A stretch of DNA of 64,000 bases from Candidatus Omnitrophota bacterium (GCA_013203315.1 JABMQJ010000001.1:49179-113178); one strand, 5' to 3'. Counted from the first letter of the stretch, positions 1 through 8,892 are shown. Notes: generated by a model not told the origin, from the letters alone. Translations and numbers: made by a program.

Positions 1-365
1 TAGGCGGAATAGACTAAGAGAGCTCCGAAAGCTAAGGCCAAAAGACTGATCAGGCGCATGGATAAAATAGGTTTTCCCTGCCACCAGTCAAGATAGGTAT
101 ATATCGATTTTGGTTTTATCACAAGTAAAAGCACACCCTTTATGATCGACCAGATACCAAGTACCTTAATCAGTAATACTATCCTGCACTGCGGGGCAGC
201 AATTAAAAAGACGATACCGAAAAGAAGTGCCAAAATACCGCCGACCTTTAGCCTTTTTTCATTTCTCCAGAACGCAATATATCCTTTTAAAGTATTTTTC
301 CTTACTAAAAAAAGGATTCCAATAACCATAATAATTACACCAAAAAGCCTGACAACCATAACCAT
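1..365 (-). CDS. Small integral membrane protein (~121 aa, about 4 TM); stop codon cut by the window edge
   Basis: Not in the ORF track. Manual translation from ATG at 365 (RBS GGGAGG upstream) gives MVMVVRLFGVIIMVIGILFLV...FGALLVYSA, open to position 3, then TA at the edge. Confidence 0.8.
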   Translation of the reverse strand, partial: MVMVVRLFGVIIMVIGILFLVRKNTLKGYIAFWRNEKRLKVGGILALLFGIVFLIAAPQCRIVLLIKVLGIWSIIKGVLLLVIKPKSIYTYLDWWQGKPILSMRLISLLALAFGALLVYSA

Positions 366-386
366 AAGTACCTCCCTTTTTTACTC

Positions 387-403
387 TTCGACCATTTCAG
401 AAT
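387..403. repeat. Junction motif M copy (TTCGACCATTTCAGAAT)
   Basis: 16/17 match to the copies at 3862-3878 and 9521-9537. Confidence 0.8.
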
Positions 404-442
404 CTGAACTACTGTCTGCTAGCAGGTAGGCTCTACTTTGTC

Positions 443-937
443 TTAAAACCCAAGAAACATTAGCCACCTGGCACGCCTTCCCAGTAAATCAGCTCGTTCA
501 ACCCTGTTAATATCTCGCAGTAATTTATCACGCGTTTCCGTTATGCCACGTTCAGTAATTTTTAGCTTCTCATATTCTATTCCGCCGGCTTTAATAAACT
601 CAACGGCTTTCTGCAATTCTCCTTCATCGAAAAACGTCCCATGTTTTTTACACTTATCGACAACAATTCCCGAGTGATGCATGTAGTTTTTGCGCCACAT
701 CAATCTACTACAACGGGGGCATTTGCAATACTTTACTTTTTCCGTACGCCCCAAAGGTTTATATACCTTGTGTAAATCACGTAGCTCACTCACGGTAAAG
801 ACTTCCGGAATTATCTTCAATACCTGTTTTTCTTCGAACTTATCTACCCATACACCTTTACATTTTGGACAAATGTCGGTTTCGATACCGTTTTCCTTGA
901 ACACCTTCATTTCAATATCACATTTGGGACATTTCAT
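443..937 (-). CDS. Double zinc-ribbon (zf-TFIIB-like) protein
   Basis: Two CPxC...DxCxx(C/H)xG modules: CPKC..ICPKCKGVWVD and CPRC..DKCKKHGTFFD. Confidence 0.8.
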   Translation of the reverse strand: MKCPKCDIEMKVFKENGIETDICPKCKGVWVDKFEEKQVLKIIPEVFTVSELRDLHKVYKPLGRTEKVKYCKCPRCSRLMWRKNYMHHSGIVVDKCKKHGTFFDEGELQKAVEFIKAGGIEYEKLKITERGITETRDKLLRDINRVERADLLGRRARWLMFLGF

Positions 938-1010
938 TTTCCTCTCCTATATAAACTTCTCCCTGCCTATTTAAAATCGCGGACGTTATAAAGCTACCGC
1001 CGGGACAGGC

Positions 1011-1676
1011 CTAAGATCGTGCTTTGCCCCGCCCCATACCTTCCCGGAGGCCAACCACCAGAAATAACATTCCGACTATCTGGATAAGATGAAAAATACC
1101 GTTGTTATCAAATTTCCAAATAAGCCGGGCAGCAATATCCTTGTTAGCTTGAAAAATTGCGGCGATGATTGTGAAGAGAACCCCGATCGCTATTAATCCG
1201 GCGCCGCCGAGTCGCTTTCGCAAGGCCAACCAGCTGTAAGCGATCAAAACAAAGGTCATGGTAATTGCCTCGTAAATAATAAAAACCAGAAAAGTTCTCG
1301 GAAAAAGCAGGTTCACCGCGTAAAAGGCTACCCCAATCGCAAGCATGACCGGAAGCATCCGACGGACAGCAGCGCGGCCCAGCATGTCGTAGATGGCCCC
1401 AAGGATAAATAAAACAACCACGAAACCCAATGCCAAAAAGAGTGGTTGCCACAGAATATTCTCTAATGCCTCGGACATTTTAAGGCCATGCAGTAATGCC
1501 CCCGATGCGGACGAAAAGGTGACCAGCCCAAAGAACCATGACCAGATATTTGTTCTCTGCATATCACGCTGCTTGGTTCGGCGCAGGTAAAAGAGGCAAG
1601 CCGCGGCAACTAAGGCTAAAACCGCATCTGTCACGGCTGTCGTTTGCTCTATTGGTATATTAGTGATTTCCAGCAT
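1011..1676 (-). CDS. Multi-pass membrane protein of unknown function
   Basis: 221 aa with about 7 hydrophobic segments; C-terminal FDNNGIFHLIQ motif. Confidence 0.75.
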   Translation of the reverse strand: MLEITNIPIEQTTAVTDAVLALVAAACLFYLRRTKQRDMQRTNIWSWFFGLVTFSSASGALLHGLKMSEALENILWQPLFLALGFVVVLFILGAIYDMLGRAAVRRMLPVMLAIGVAFYAVNLLFPRTFLVFIIYEAITMTFVLIAYSWLALRKRLGGAGLIAIGVLFTIIAAIFQANKDIAARLIWKFDNNGIFHLIQIVGMLFLVVGLREGMGRGKARS

Positions 1677-1712
1677 TAAATTCGTAACCTTAGACCGTTT
1701 TCGATAAAATGA

Positions 1713-2351
1713 TTATCTATCTATCAGTTTACTGACCGTCTCCATGCAATGATTCACAATCTCTTTAATAATATTTAACATATCAAGATATCGGACCTTT
1801 GCCCATTCATCACAAATTCCCTTTGCTGACCTATCTATATGGTTAAGGCGACTTTTTTCTATTAATGCGTAGAGGGATGATTTATTTTTTAAAATATTTT
1901 TGCCTAACTTCCTATCATTAGTCTTCACCGCCACAATTGTAACTGACAAAATCTCTTCTATATTGTTACATAGCTCCTTATATTCTTGCAATGCTTTGTC
2001 ACTAAATAACAATTTTTCACTAACTTTATACTCAATTCGTTCTACTAAATCTACACATAGATCTCCCATCCTCTTAATTGCGCCGATAATGCTTACCAAA
2101 TCAATGACTATTTTTTTAGCTTTGCCTGATGATTTCTTTTTGGAAATTTCGATTGCTAAGGTAGTTAAATTAGTATAAGCTTCATTAATTTTTGTTTCAT
2201 TCTTAAGCACCTGATCTAAGAGCTTGATATCGTTCTTCATCAAACCATTAAAGTTAGTACGAAACATTATTTGAACCCGTTCTAACATTTCTATGGTCTC
2301 TTGTCTTAATGAAGCTATTTTTCTTAATTCAGCTTTATTTAATTTGGCCAT
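1713..2351 (-). CDS. Stand-alone PhoU-like helical protein (resembles the C-terminal region of Na/Pi cotransporters)
   Basis: All-helical; motifs KRMGD, FSDKALQE, HIDR..KGIC, YLDML. Confidence 0.65.
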   Translation of the reverse strand: MAKLNKAELRKIASLRQETIEMLERVQIMFRTNFNGLMKNDIKLLDQVLKNETKINEAYTNLTTLAIEISKKKSSGKAKKIVIDLVSIIGAIKRMGDLCVDLVERIEYKVSEKLLFSDKALQEYKELCNNIEEILSVTIVAVKTNDRKLGKNILKNKSSLYALIEKSRLNHIDRSAKGICDEWAKVRYLDMLNIIKEIVNHCMETVSKLIDR

Positions 2352-2365
2352 AGTTTTACTCCCTC

Positions 2366-2382
2366 TTTTACCGTCTCAGAAT
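2366..2382. repeat. Junction motif M, degenerate copy (TTTTACCGTCTCAGAAT)
   Basis: 14/17 match to consensus, same orientation, in the 5' region of the PhoU-like gene. Confidence 0.6.
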
Positions 2383-2404
2383 CTAAAACCTGCCTACTAC
2401 TAAT

Positions 2405-2433
2405 ATTGTAGGCTTGGCGTTGTTCAAAGTCAA
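2405..2433 (-). promoter_or_regulatory. Sigma70-type promoter of the PhoU-like gene
   Basis: TTGACT-N17-TACAAT on the minus strand. Confidence 0.6.
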
Positions 2434-2449
2434 GGGGCAAAAAAGTGAC

Positions 2450-2565
2450 ATTTTTGCGGGTACTGCCCTACGGAATGAGAGGGTATTGGCGTGCGGCTTG
2501 GCATTTAACGACGGAGCCCTGCCAATACCCTCTCATTCCGTTGATTGGCAGGGACTCGCAAAAAT
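2450..2565. repeat. ~116 bp nested inverted-repeat element (MITE/REPIN-like)
   Basis: Perfect 21 bp IR 2470-2490/2521-2541; outer 11/12 IR 2450-2461/2554-2565; left half recurs at 63921-63971. Confidence 0.8.
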
Positions 2566-2641
2566 ATGCTTTTATATTGAGGGGTTTTTTGTTATAATTT
2601 TAGTCATTCAAACCGATAAACTATCAAGAAGGAGGAAATCA

Positions 2642-3298
2642 ATGAAGATATTAATTTTAATAGTAGCGATGTGCATGATGGCAGCGAATGTGTTTGCCGA
2701 GGGGGATATGGCAACGCAGGCAAGTCCTTCGGTGACGATAAAACTTCCGACGCCCGAGACGAGCGGAGGCAAACCGTTGATGCAGGCGCTGAAAGATAGA
2801 AAATCGAGTAGAAACTTTAGTGACAAGGAGTTACCACAGCAGGTATTATCCGACCTTTTGTGGGCAGCGTTCGGCATAAACAGGCCGGATTCAGGAATGC
2901 GCACGGCACCCACAGCGCATAATATGCAGGAAATCTATATTTTTGTGGCAATGTCCAAAGGCCTTTATCTTTATGAACCAAAGCAGCATATATTGAAGCT
3001 GATGCTAGCCGAAGATATACGCGCTGTAACCGGTATGCAGGAGTTTGTGGCAACAGCACCGGTGAACCTTATCTATGTGGCGGAATATTCCAAGATGGCC
3101 AATATAGGCAGTGAGAAAGACTTTTACTCAGCTACAGACACCGGATTTATTTCTCAGAATGTATATTTATATTGCGCATCGAAGGGCCTGGCAACAGTCG
3201 TACGCGGCTGGGTAGACAGGAAAGCTCTGGGAAAAGCAATGAACCTACGCCCCGACCAGAAGATAATCCTTGCCCAGACGGTCGGGTACGAAAAATAA
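2642..3298 (+). CDS. SagB/ThcOx-type nitroreductase family protein with predicted signal peptide
   Basis: Start moved from the track (2414) to ATG 2642 after RBS AGGAGG; motifs LMQALKDRKSSR, RTAPTA, DTGFISQNVYL. Confidence 0.85.
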   Translation: MKILILIVAMCMMAANVFAEGDMATQASPSVTIKLPTPETSGGKPLMQALKDRKSSRNFSDKELPQQVLSDLLWAAFGINRPDSGMRTAPTAHNMQEIYIFVAMSKGLYLYEPKQHILKLMLAEDIRAVTGMQEFVATAPVNLIYVAEYSKMANIGSEKDFYSATDTGFISQNVYLYCASKGLATVVRGWVDRKALGKAMNLRPDQKIILAQTVGYEK

Positions 3299-3316
3299 CG
3301 AAGAGTTATTCACAGG

Positions 3317-3345
3317 GCAGGGCGCTCTTGGGGGTGCCCTGCTTG
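3317..3345. repeat. GC-rich hairpin B between convergent genes (terminator-like), duplicated at 8893-8918
   Basis: Stem GCAGGGCGC/GTGCCCTGC; 3320-3345 matches 8893-8918 at 25/26 nt. Confidence 0.75.
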
Positions 3346-3846
3346 CTATAGCACGCCTTTACCCTCTAGATATTCCTCGTAATAATCAGTTACTTTTCTG
3401 TTTTTCGTTGCGCTAAACGACTTATCCGCATGCATGGCCGGTTTATTGGCATGTTTTTTGGTTTTTTGCAAGAATGTTGGGTATTCAACCCGCGCACCGT
3501 GCACGCGAGAGCCATTTCGTACCCGGTTATCATGCGATATGACAGTTATGCTAGATGGCTCCTTCGAATTCTTCACCATGCTTATTATGCGATCATCCGC
3601 TGCTTCTTTGGCGCGCGTAAAAACGCAGTCAATGCCGCCTATCTTTGTGCGGGAATAATCCATAAAGTCGACATCCCTCCCGTCAAATACTATAATAATT
3701 TCCGCATTAACACGGCTACGCTTCCATCCCGCCACATGCATTGCCAGGGCGCTCCTGGCTTCGGCAAGGCTTTCCTTAAGCTTCGCCGTGAGCTCCGAAA
3801 TCCGGTAAATAACGTTATATCCGTCTAGTATAAATATCTTTTTCAT
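3346..3846 (-). CDS. NYN-domain (YacP/Rae1-like) putative ribonuclease
   Basis: Acidic NYN motifs ILDGYNV, IVFDG, AADD, VISHD. Confidence 0.85.
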   Translation of the reverse strand: MKKIFILDGYNVIYRISELTAKLKESLAEARSALAMHVAGWKRSRVNAEIIIVFDGRDVDFMDYSRTKIGGIDCVFTRAKEAADDRIISMVKNSKEPSSITVISHDNRVRNGSRVHGARVEYPTFLQKTKKHANKPAMHADKSFSATKNRKVTDYYEEYLEGKGVL

Positions 3847-3859
3847 ATCCGTGAGTTAT

Positions 3860-3878
3860 CTTTCGACCGTTTCAGAAT
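3860..3878. repeat. Junction motif M copy (CTTTCGACCGTTTCAGAAT)
   Basis: 19/19 identical to 9519-9537. Confidence 0.9.
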
Positions 3879-3907
3879 TTGGGCTCAACGCAGAACAGTG
3901 TATTTAA

Positions 3908-3936
3908 ATTATACCCCTAAAATAGAAACGCCTCAA
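3908..3936 (-). promoter_or_regulatory. Sigma70-type promoter of the NYN gene
   Basis: TTGAGG-N17-TATAAT; near-identical copy at 13993-14021. Confidence 0.6.
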
Positions 3937-3953
3937 GGAAAACCTTGAGGCGT
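3928..3953 (-). terminator. Rho-independent terminator
   Basis: 11 bp stem ACGCCTCAAGG/CCTTGAGGCGT, 4 nt loop, T-rich tail on the minus strand. Confidence 0.75.
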
Positions 3954-3978
3954 CACGGTACACTGTTTCGTTCAAATT

Positions 3979-4806
3979 TTATTCTATATCCTCGTCTTTC
4001 CCGTTAATGAATTGCAACATGGATGCTCTGTTTTTTTGAATACGGTTTGCAATAAGTTTCAGGGACCCTTCGTCTAACTCCGGTTTTTCTGTCTCGGTTT
4101 CGGATTGCGCGGGTGTTTCTGTAATCTTGGTGGTTACTGCAATTGTGCAACCCGTGTTACGAGACGCCTCGAGATCGCTTGAAAAAAAGTTAACCATATA
4201 CGGCTTAGGGTCGTGGTACACAATCGTCTGAACAAGCCAAGCGTCTTCATACCACATTTCACCCTTATCAAGAGGTTCTCCCGGCTGTGGCAGATGTGGC
4301 TGATTATATACAATTAACTGGACAAGCCGGCCATCCTTATAGTTATACTCGGGATAACCGTCTATTTCGCTGGGATCTATCGGAAGGTACTCCCTTATAT
4401 CCATATTGGGAAACTTCAGGTCCACCGGGTATTTTTCGTATTCTTTTTTTGGTATCAACGGTTCTCTGGGCAACTCTATTATCCTGGCAATCGGGTTTTC
4501 TAAGCCTGGCTTCGGAGCCAAACCGCGTACGGGATCGGACCCTATGTCTTTATTAGGGTATTTAATTATCTCGAAACCCTTTTCGGGCAGCTCGATATTA
4601 TCCCCTATTTCTTTTTTCACGATCAACTCTTTTTTCGTTTCTAGCACTTCCTTAAACTGTTTCACGGATCTGCTCGGAATTTCTTTGAGTTCTTTATCTT
4701 TATATGCATTCGCTTTGCCTTTTTCGGCAAGGCAAGGACTCTGAGAAACCACAATACCCAAACAGATTACGAGCACGATAACCTTAATTGTCATTCTGCC
4801 ATTCAT
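3979..4806 (-). CDS. Secreted Pro/Lys/Glu-rich hypothetical protein
   Basis: 275 aa with N-terminal signal peptide; no recognisable domain. Confidence 0.65.
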   Translation of the reverse strand: MNGRMTIKVIVLVICLGIVVSQSPCLAEKGKANAYKDKELKEIPSRSVKQFKEVLETKKELIVKKEIGDNIELPEKGFEIIKYPNKDIGSDPVRGLAPKPGLENPIARIIELPREPLIPKKEYEKYPVDLKFPNMDIREYLPIDPSEIDGYPEYNYKDGRLVQLIVYNQPHLPQPGEPLDKGEMWYEDAWLVQTIVYHDPKPYMVNFFSSDLEASRNTGCTIAVTTKITETPAQSETETEKPELDEGSLKLIANRIQKNRASMLQFINGKDEDIE

Positions 4807-4887
4807 TTCATTTACCCCCTTCTTGCTTACGGTTTTTAAAACTCTTTACTTTCGTGTCAAAAAAATAACTCGAATCTCATACTCTAT

Positions 4888-4912
4888 AACAAAATCACAG
4901 CTTGTTTACTCC
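4888..4912 (-). promoter_or_regulatory. Candidate ECF promoter GGAGT-N16-TGTT
   Basis: Same boxes and spacing upstream of the ECF sigma gene (6975-6999). Confidence 0.5.
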
Positions 4913-4936
4913 TGTTATTTTCTGACTATTTTATTC

Positions 4937-6370
4937 TTAATTTTGCTTACTTCTTATCATTTGAGCTTCAGGGCTTCTCGGGTATTTTCGTAATACAAGC
5001 GCATAATAGTGCTCTGCTTCCTTTGTATTATTCAGTCTTTCTTCATATATAATTCCCGTAGCATACAGTGCCATGCTTGCAAACGTAGACTCGGGATATT
5101 TACGAGAGACCTTTTGGAAAGTCTCTATCGCTTTCTCGGACATGCCAAGATAGTTGTAATAGGCACCTATAAAAAGGAAGATCTGTGGCTTATGGCCCAA
5201 ACTCGGATGCATGGCCATTATCGCTTCCAGCGTCCTAATTCCCTGCAAGTGTTTACTTCTGTCCTTTGTCTTTATCGCATTGTCTATTAACTCAATCGCC
5301 TTCCTAAGGTCAAGAGCGGCTTCTTTCGGCTCGAGGTCAGATATATATAATGGGGCGGGCCTTAAGAGCTCTCTTGTCCTGTATTTTCCATTACTGATTA
5401 AAAGCGCAACCTGGACTTTCTCTCCGATTTCATAGAACTCCGTCATTTCCTGCCATTCTTTTTCCAATAGCTGGCGCGGGGCCATGGGTGCCTCCCCCTT
5501 AAATACTTCTGTTGCCTCCCCGCCACCTAGTATTACCTGCTGCTGTTTAAGCGCTCCTTCTGGTATGAATGTTGACACAACCTTTACCCTGCCGTTTAAT
5601 ACACCAAGCCGCGTCATCATTGAGGGCTGTGCGGAAACATCTACTAAAAAATCAGTTCCCAGCGCCGTGGCTGTGGCTTCGGGAGTTGCCATGACAAAAC
5701 GTGACCCCTTGAATTTTTTGCTTAAACGCACCAGCGTTTTACCTTTTTTGAGGTTGTATACTGTCTTGCCGGGCACATATTTTGGCAATAACTTCGCTAT
5801 TTTTATTTCAGAATTCTGCTTAATCCTGACCCTGTATTTATTTGTATGCGCTATGTCAACAAAAGATCCACTGTCAACGGTTAGCGTATCGTTCTTGCCG
5901 AGTAGTAGCCCTTTGGTTCCTTTGGCCCACTTACGCCCCCTATGACTGTAAATCATTACTTTGCCCTTTACCGTCACAATCTGTACGGGCTGGACCACTA
6001 AATATGTAAGAACCCCGTATGCCGACACAAACAAAAGGAGCGTTACGACAACCCTTGCAAGCATGGGCGCAGGCAGGACAAAGACTTCCCGGGTTCTTTG
6101 AAGAACGCGAGTTACAATGAAACCTATCCTGTTTTCTTCCCTGCTTTTTAAAGTGTTACGCAGTTTTTGATTGAAGGCCCGGTCGAAAGAGGTAGACAGC
6201 TTTTCTCTATCCGCATGCCTAATGACCAGATTCGAATTCTTTAATAAAAGGGCTGTTTTCCTGCAGGATTCGCACTCGCTAAGATGGCTCTCTACCCTTT
6301 CCCTTTCAGGGAGAGAGCACCTCTGATCTATATATCTCGATAATAATTCGAAAGGCATTTTGTGCTTCAT
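4937..6370 (-). CDS. Anti-sigma factor: zf-HC2 + TM + FecR-like + TPR
   Basis: HLSECESC (HxxxCxxC), one TM, TPEATATALGTDF FecR motif, C-terminal TPRs (KYPESTFA, KYPRSPEA). Confidence 0.85.
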   Translation of the reverse strand: MKHKMPFELLSRYIDQRCSLPERERVESHLSECESCRKTALLLKNSNLVIRHADREKLSTSFDRAFNQKLRNTLKSREENRIGFIVTRVLQRTREVFVLPAPMLARVVVTLLLFVSAYGVLTYLVVQPVQIVTVKGKVMIYSHRGRKWAKGTKGLLLGKNDTLTVDSGSFVDIAHTNKYRVRIKQNSEIKIAKLLPKYVPGKTVYNLKKGKTLVRLSKKFKGSRFVMATPEATATALGTDFLVDVSAQPSMMTRLGVLNGRVKVVSTFIPEGALKQQQVILGGGEATEVFKGEAPMAPRQLLEKEWQEMTEFYEIGEKVQVALLISNGKYRTRELLRPAPLYISDLEPKEAALDLRKAIELIDNAIKTKDRSKHLQGIRTLEAIMAMHPSLGHKPQIFLFIGAYYNYLGMSEKAIETFQKVSRKYPESTFASMALYATGIIYEERLNNTKEAEHYYALVLRKYPRSPEAQMIRSKQN

Positions 6371-6954
6371 TTTACGCCACTTTTTTGCGGAATTTTAATT
6401 TTCTTTATAAACTGTTTCCGTGCCCTTGCAAGCCGCGAAGAAATTGTCTTCATATTTGTTTTCAGCACTTTGGCTGCCTCTTCGTAAGAAAGGCCTTCTA
6501 TTACGCAGAGCGCAATGACATCCCTGTAAAGCGGATGAAGGCTTTTCAGGGCATTTTCTATCGCTTCCTTGAGTTCCTTATTTTTCACGAAGGAATCTGC
6601 CGAAAACCCGTCTTTCGTCAATACGCCTTCGAGGTTGATATCCATGTCCCCTTTTCCCGCTCGACCGGACAAAGATACCTGCCGCATCGAACTCCTTTTC
6701 TTTAATTCGTTTTTTGCCAGATTCGAAGCTATTGTATAAATCCAGGCCTTAAAAAGCCCCCTGGGCTCGTATCTATTGATGTTAAGGTATATGTTTATAA
6801 AAACTTCCTGCGTAAGCTCTTCGGCAACCGCCCTATCGCCTATCTTTCTGTTGATGAAATTAAATATTCTTTCCTTGTACGCATTATACAATTCATCAAA
6901 GCAGGCCCGGTCGCCTTCCCTGAATTTCCTTACCAGGGCATCGTCTTTATTCAT
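6367..6954 (-). CDS. ECF sigma factor
   Basis: Region 2 AEELTQEVF, FKAWIYTIA; region 4 GLSYEEAA..SRLARAR; start moved to ATG 6954 (MNKDD) after GAGAGGG. Confidence 0.92.
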   Translation of the reverse strand: MNKDDALVRKFREGDRACFDELYNAYKERIFNFINRKIGDRAVAEELTQEVFINIYLNINRYEPRGLFKAWIYTIASNLAKNELKKRSSMRQVSLSGRAGKGDMDINLEGVLTKDGFSADSFVKNKELKEAIENALKSLHPLYRDVIALCVIEGLSYEEAAKVLKTNMKTISSRLARARKQFIKKIKIPQKSGVK

Positions 6955-6974
6955 TACCCTCTCTATATATATTA

Positions 6975-6999
6975 AACAATATTTTGTGCCGAAAACTCC
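6975..6999 (-). promoter_or_regulatory. Candidate autoregulatory ECF promoter GGAGT-N16-TGTT
   Basis: Matches 4888-4912. Confidence 0.5.
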
Positions 7000-7042
7000 A
7001 CGTTCTATAGACATTCTGTATCAGCTTGCTTTTTTTGTCAAT

Positions 7043-7083
7043 AAAAAAAACGGGACTGGTTTTTACCAAATCCCGTTTTTTTT
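7043..7083. terminator. Bidirectional Rho-independent terminator
   Basis: A8-CGGGA..TGGT/ACCA..TCCCG-T8. Confidence 0.8.
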
Positions 7084-7112
7084 GTTATCTGCGATTTAAC
7101 GCTGATTGTTAC

Positions 7113-8666
7113 TTATTCATCTTCCTCTTCGCTTCCTGTCTCATCTTCGGCATCGTATGAGCTGAAGGCCTCCAGGAGAATTATGGCGCCTTTACCGCCT
7201 GAATAAACAGCACCCGGCGTTTCCCGGAGAATACCTTTAAATGCTTCCTGCAACTTATTTTTGTGCTGCATCCATTCGTTTTCCAACAACGAAATCTTGT
7301 TAACCCGGCCTGTGTTGAAGTTTTTTGCGAAATCCATTTTTGCGGCAGGTACTTTTCCGCGTGTCCCAAACTTTTCGGCTTTTTCAAAAAGATTATTTGG
7401 CTTTGATGCGGATCCCCCCTCCTGTATCGGGCTTTGGTTTTTGCCGGTCTTATAGGCGTAAATCGGTTGCGCTTCATATGCTGCTTTTTGATCTTCGATA
7501 ACCTGTGGCTTATACAATTTAATATCTACGCTTTCGGTTCGCTCATCGTTTAATTTTCCGGCAATCTTTTGCTTGGTAACATTGAGGCCAACGAAAATTT
7601 CCTTTATTTCTGTTATTCTTCCGGGCTCTACGCCGGGTGGCCGCGTATATGTTACTGCTATTGTCCAATCATCATTGGTAATGGTAAGGGTGTATCCTCC
7701 GCCGTAAGCTGATTCTGACAAGCTCAAAACAGTATCTCCAAACTGTTGCGGCATGGGTTGTCCCCAATAGTTTCTGGCAAACCACACCAGTATGACTCCT
7801 AAAAGCTCGCGCATTTCACCGTCCATGCGGGATACGCCAAAACCGCTACTTTCCGGGCCTTCATACCGCGAATACCAGCCCCCGTGAGGCAGCCTATAAA
7901 AGTTTCTGTATTCTTCTATATCATCCAAATCATTGAACTCGCCATCCCCGTTTGTATCAAGGAGATTCTTTGCGAGTTCGTCCAAAAAGTCTCGTAAATC
8001 CTCGTCGATTTGACGCTGAAAAAGTTCGGCGAAGGATTCTTCAACGGGATCCCTTGCATCAACGGGATCCCTTGCATCAATAATAATAAGCTTGCTGTTT
8101 TCGTCGTCCCACTTAATCGTAAAACCATCACCGATCGGTATCTTCATAGAGACACCTTCGTCTTTCTCTTTATCCCCGTCCGGATCTCCGTTATTACCTT
8201 TAAGCGCTTCGAGCGCGCTTTCAAGATCTCTTAATCTAATATCTAATTTTTCACGAATATCTTTTTCCGAATCGTCATCCTGATATATACTGATTATATC
8301 TTCCAGAATATCCGAGAGCCCCTTGCTTGGCAGTCCCTTGTTTAGCAGATTTTCGATCTCTTTATTCAGCAAGCCTTTGTATGTTTCAAGGATTTTTGGC
8401 AAAGGCGGATCATTCTTCGGCTTTATCGTTATGGACAAGTTATCTCTGGATTTCTCAGAGAGACTATTTTTCAATTCCAGGTACTGACTCACCAGGGCTT
8501 CCCGTTGGGGGTTATATACAGCGACAATCTTGCCGGAAACCTTTGCCTTGGGCTTCTCCGAAATGCTTTTTGCGTGCGCAAAATCACAGGGAAGCGTCGA
8601 AGAGACAAAAGCCACCACCACTGACATCGCTAAAATCCTATTAAATATTCTTTTCCTGTTTAACAC
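7113..8666 (-). CDS. Large secreted hypothetical protein with an EF-hand/dockerin-like Ca-binding loop
   Basis: GTG start after GGAG; signal peptide ending AHA; DTNGDGEFNDLD loop; acidic tail. Confidence 0.7.
   Translation of the reverse strand: MLNRKRIFNRILAMSVVVAFVSSTLPCDFAHAKSISEKPKAKVSGKIVAVYNPQREALVSQYLELKNSLSEKSRDNLSITIKPKNDPPLPKILETYKGLLNKEIENLLNKGLPSKGLSDILEDIISIYQDDDSEKDIREKLDIRLRDLESALEALKGNNGDPDGDKEKDEGVSMKIPIGDGFTIKWDDENSKLIIIDARDPVDARDPVEESFAELFQRQIDEDLRDFLDELAKNLLDTNGDGEFNDLDDIEEYRNFYRLPHGGWYSRYEGPESSGFGVSRMDGEMRELLGVILVWFARNYWGQPMPQQFGDTVLSLSESAYGGGYTLTITNDDWTIAVTYTRPPGVEPGRITEIKEIFVGLNVTKQKIAGKLNDERTESVDIKLYKPQVIEDQKAAYEAQPIYAYKTGKNQSPIQEGGSASKPNNLFEKAEKFGTRGKVPAAKMDFAKNFNTGRVNKISLLENEWMQHKNKLQEAFKGILRETPGAVYSGGKGAIILLEAFSSYDAEDETGSEEEDE
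8041..8080. repeat. 18 bp in-frame tandem duplication
   Basis: TCAACGGGATCCCTTGCA x2, encoding DARDPV twice. Confidence 0.9.
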
Positions 8667-8721
8667 TTTTTTAACTCCGTTCTAAAGTGGGTAAAAAAAA
8701 TACCCCTCACACACGGTGTGC

Positions 8722-8735
8722 CTTGTATATACAAG
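8722..8735. promoter_or_regulatory. Perfect palindrome CTTGTATATACAAG, GntR/HutC-like operator
   Basis: Abuts and overlaps an extended -10 (TGGTACACT) on the minus strand upstream of the 517 aa gene. Confidence 0.5.
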
Positions 8736-8892
8736 TGTACCATAAATTAAAGGGTCTTGTGGGGGGAAATATCTTACTTTTTTATAGCCTAACAAGGTTA
8801 AGTGGCATTAGGAATTATTCTAGGGACGGTTCTCGCTAAGTCTTTTATTTACAGTTGGTTGCGGATTGCTTCATCTACTCTTGTACCGTTTC

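Noticed and set aside
142-429. 95 aa plus-strand ORF in the track
   Set aside because: Antisense to a better minus-strand membrane-protein gene (1-365) with an RBS
2414-2641. 76 aa N-terminal extension of the nitroreductase ORF
   Set aside because: Runs through the palindromic element; the true start is ATG 2642 after AGGAGG
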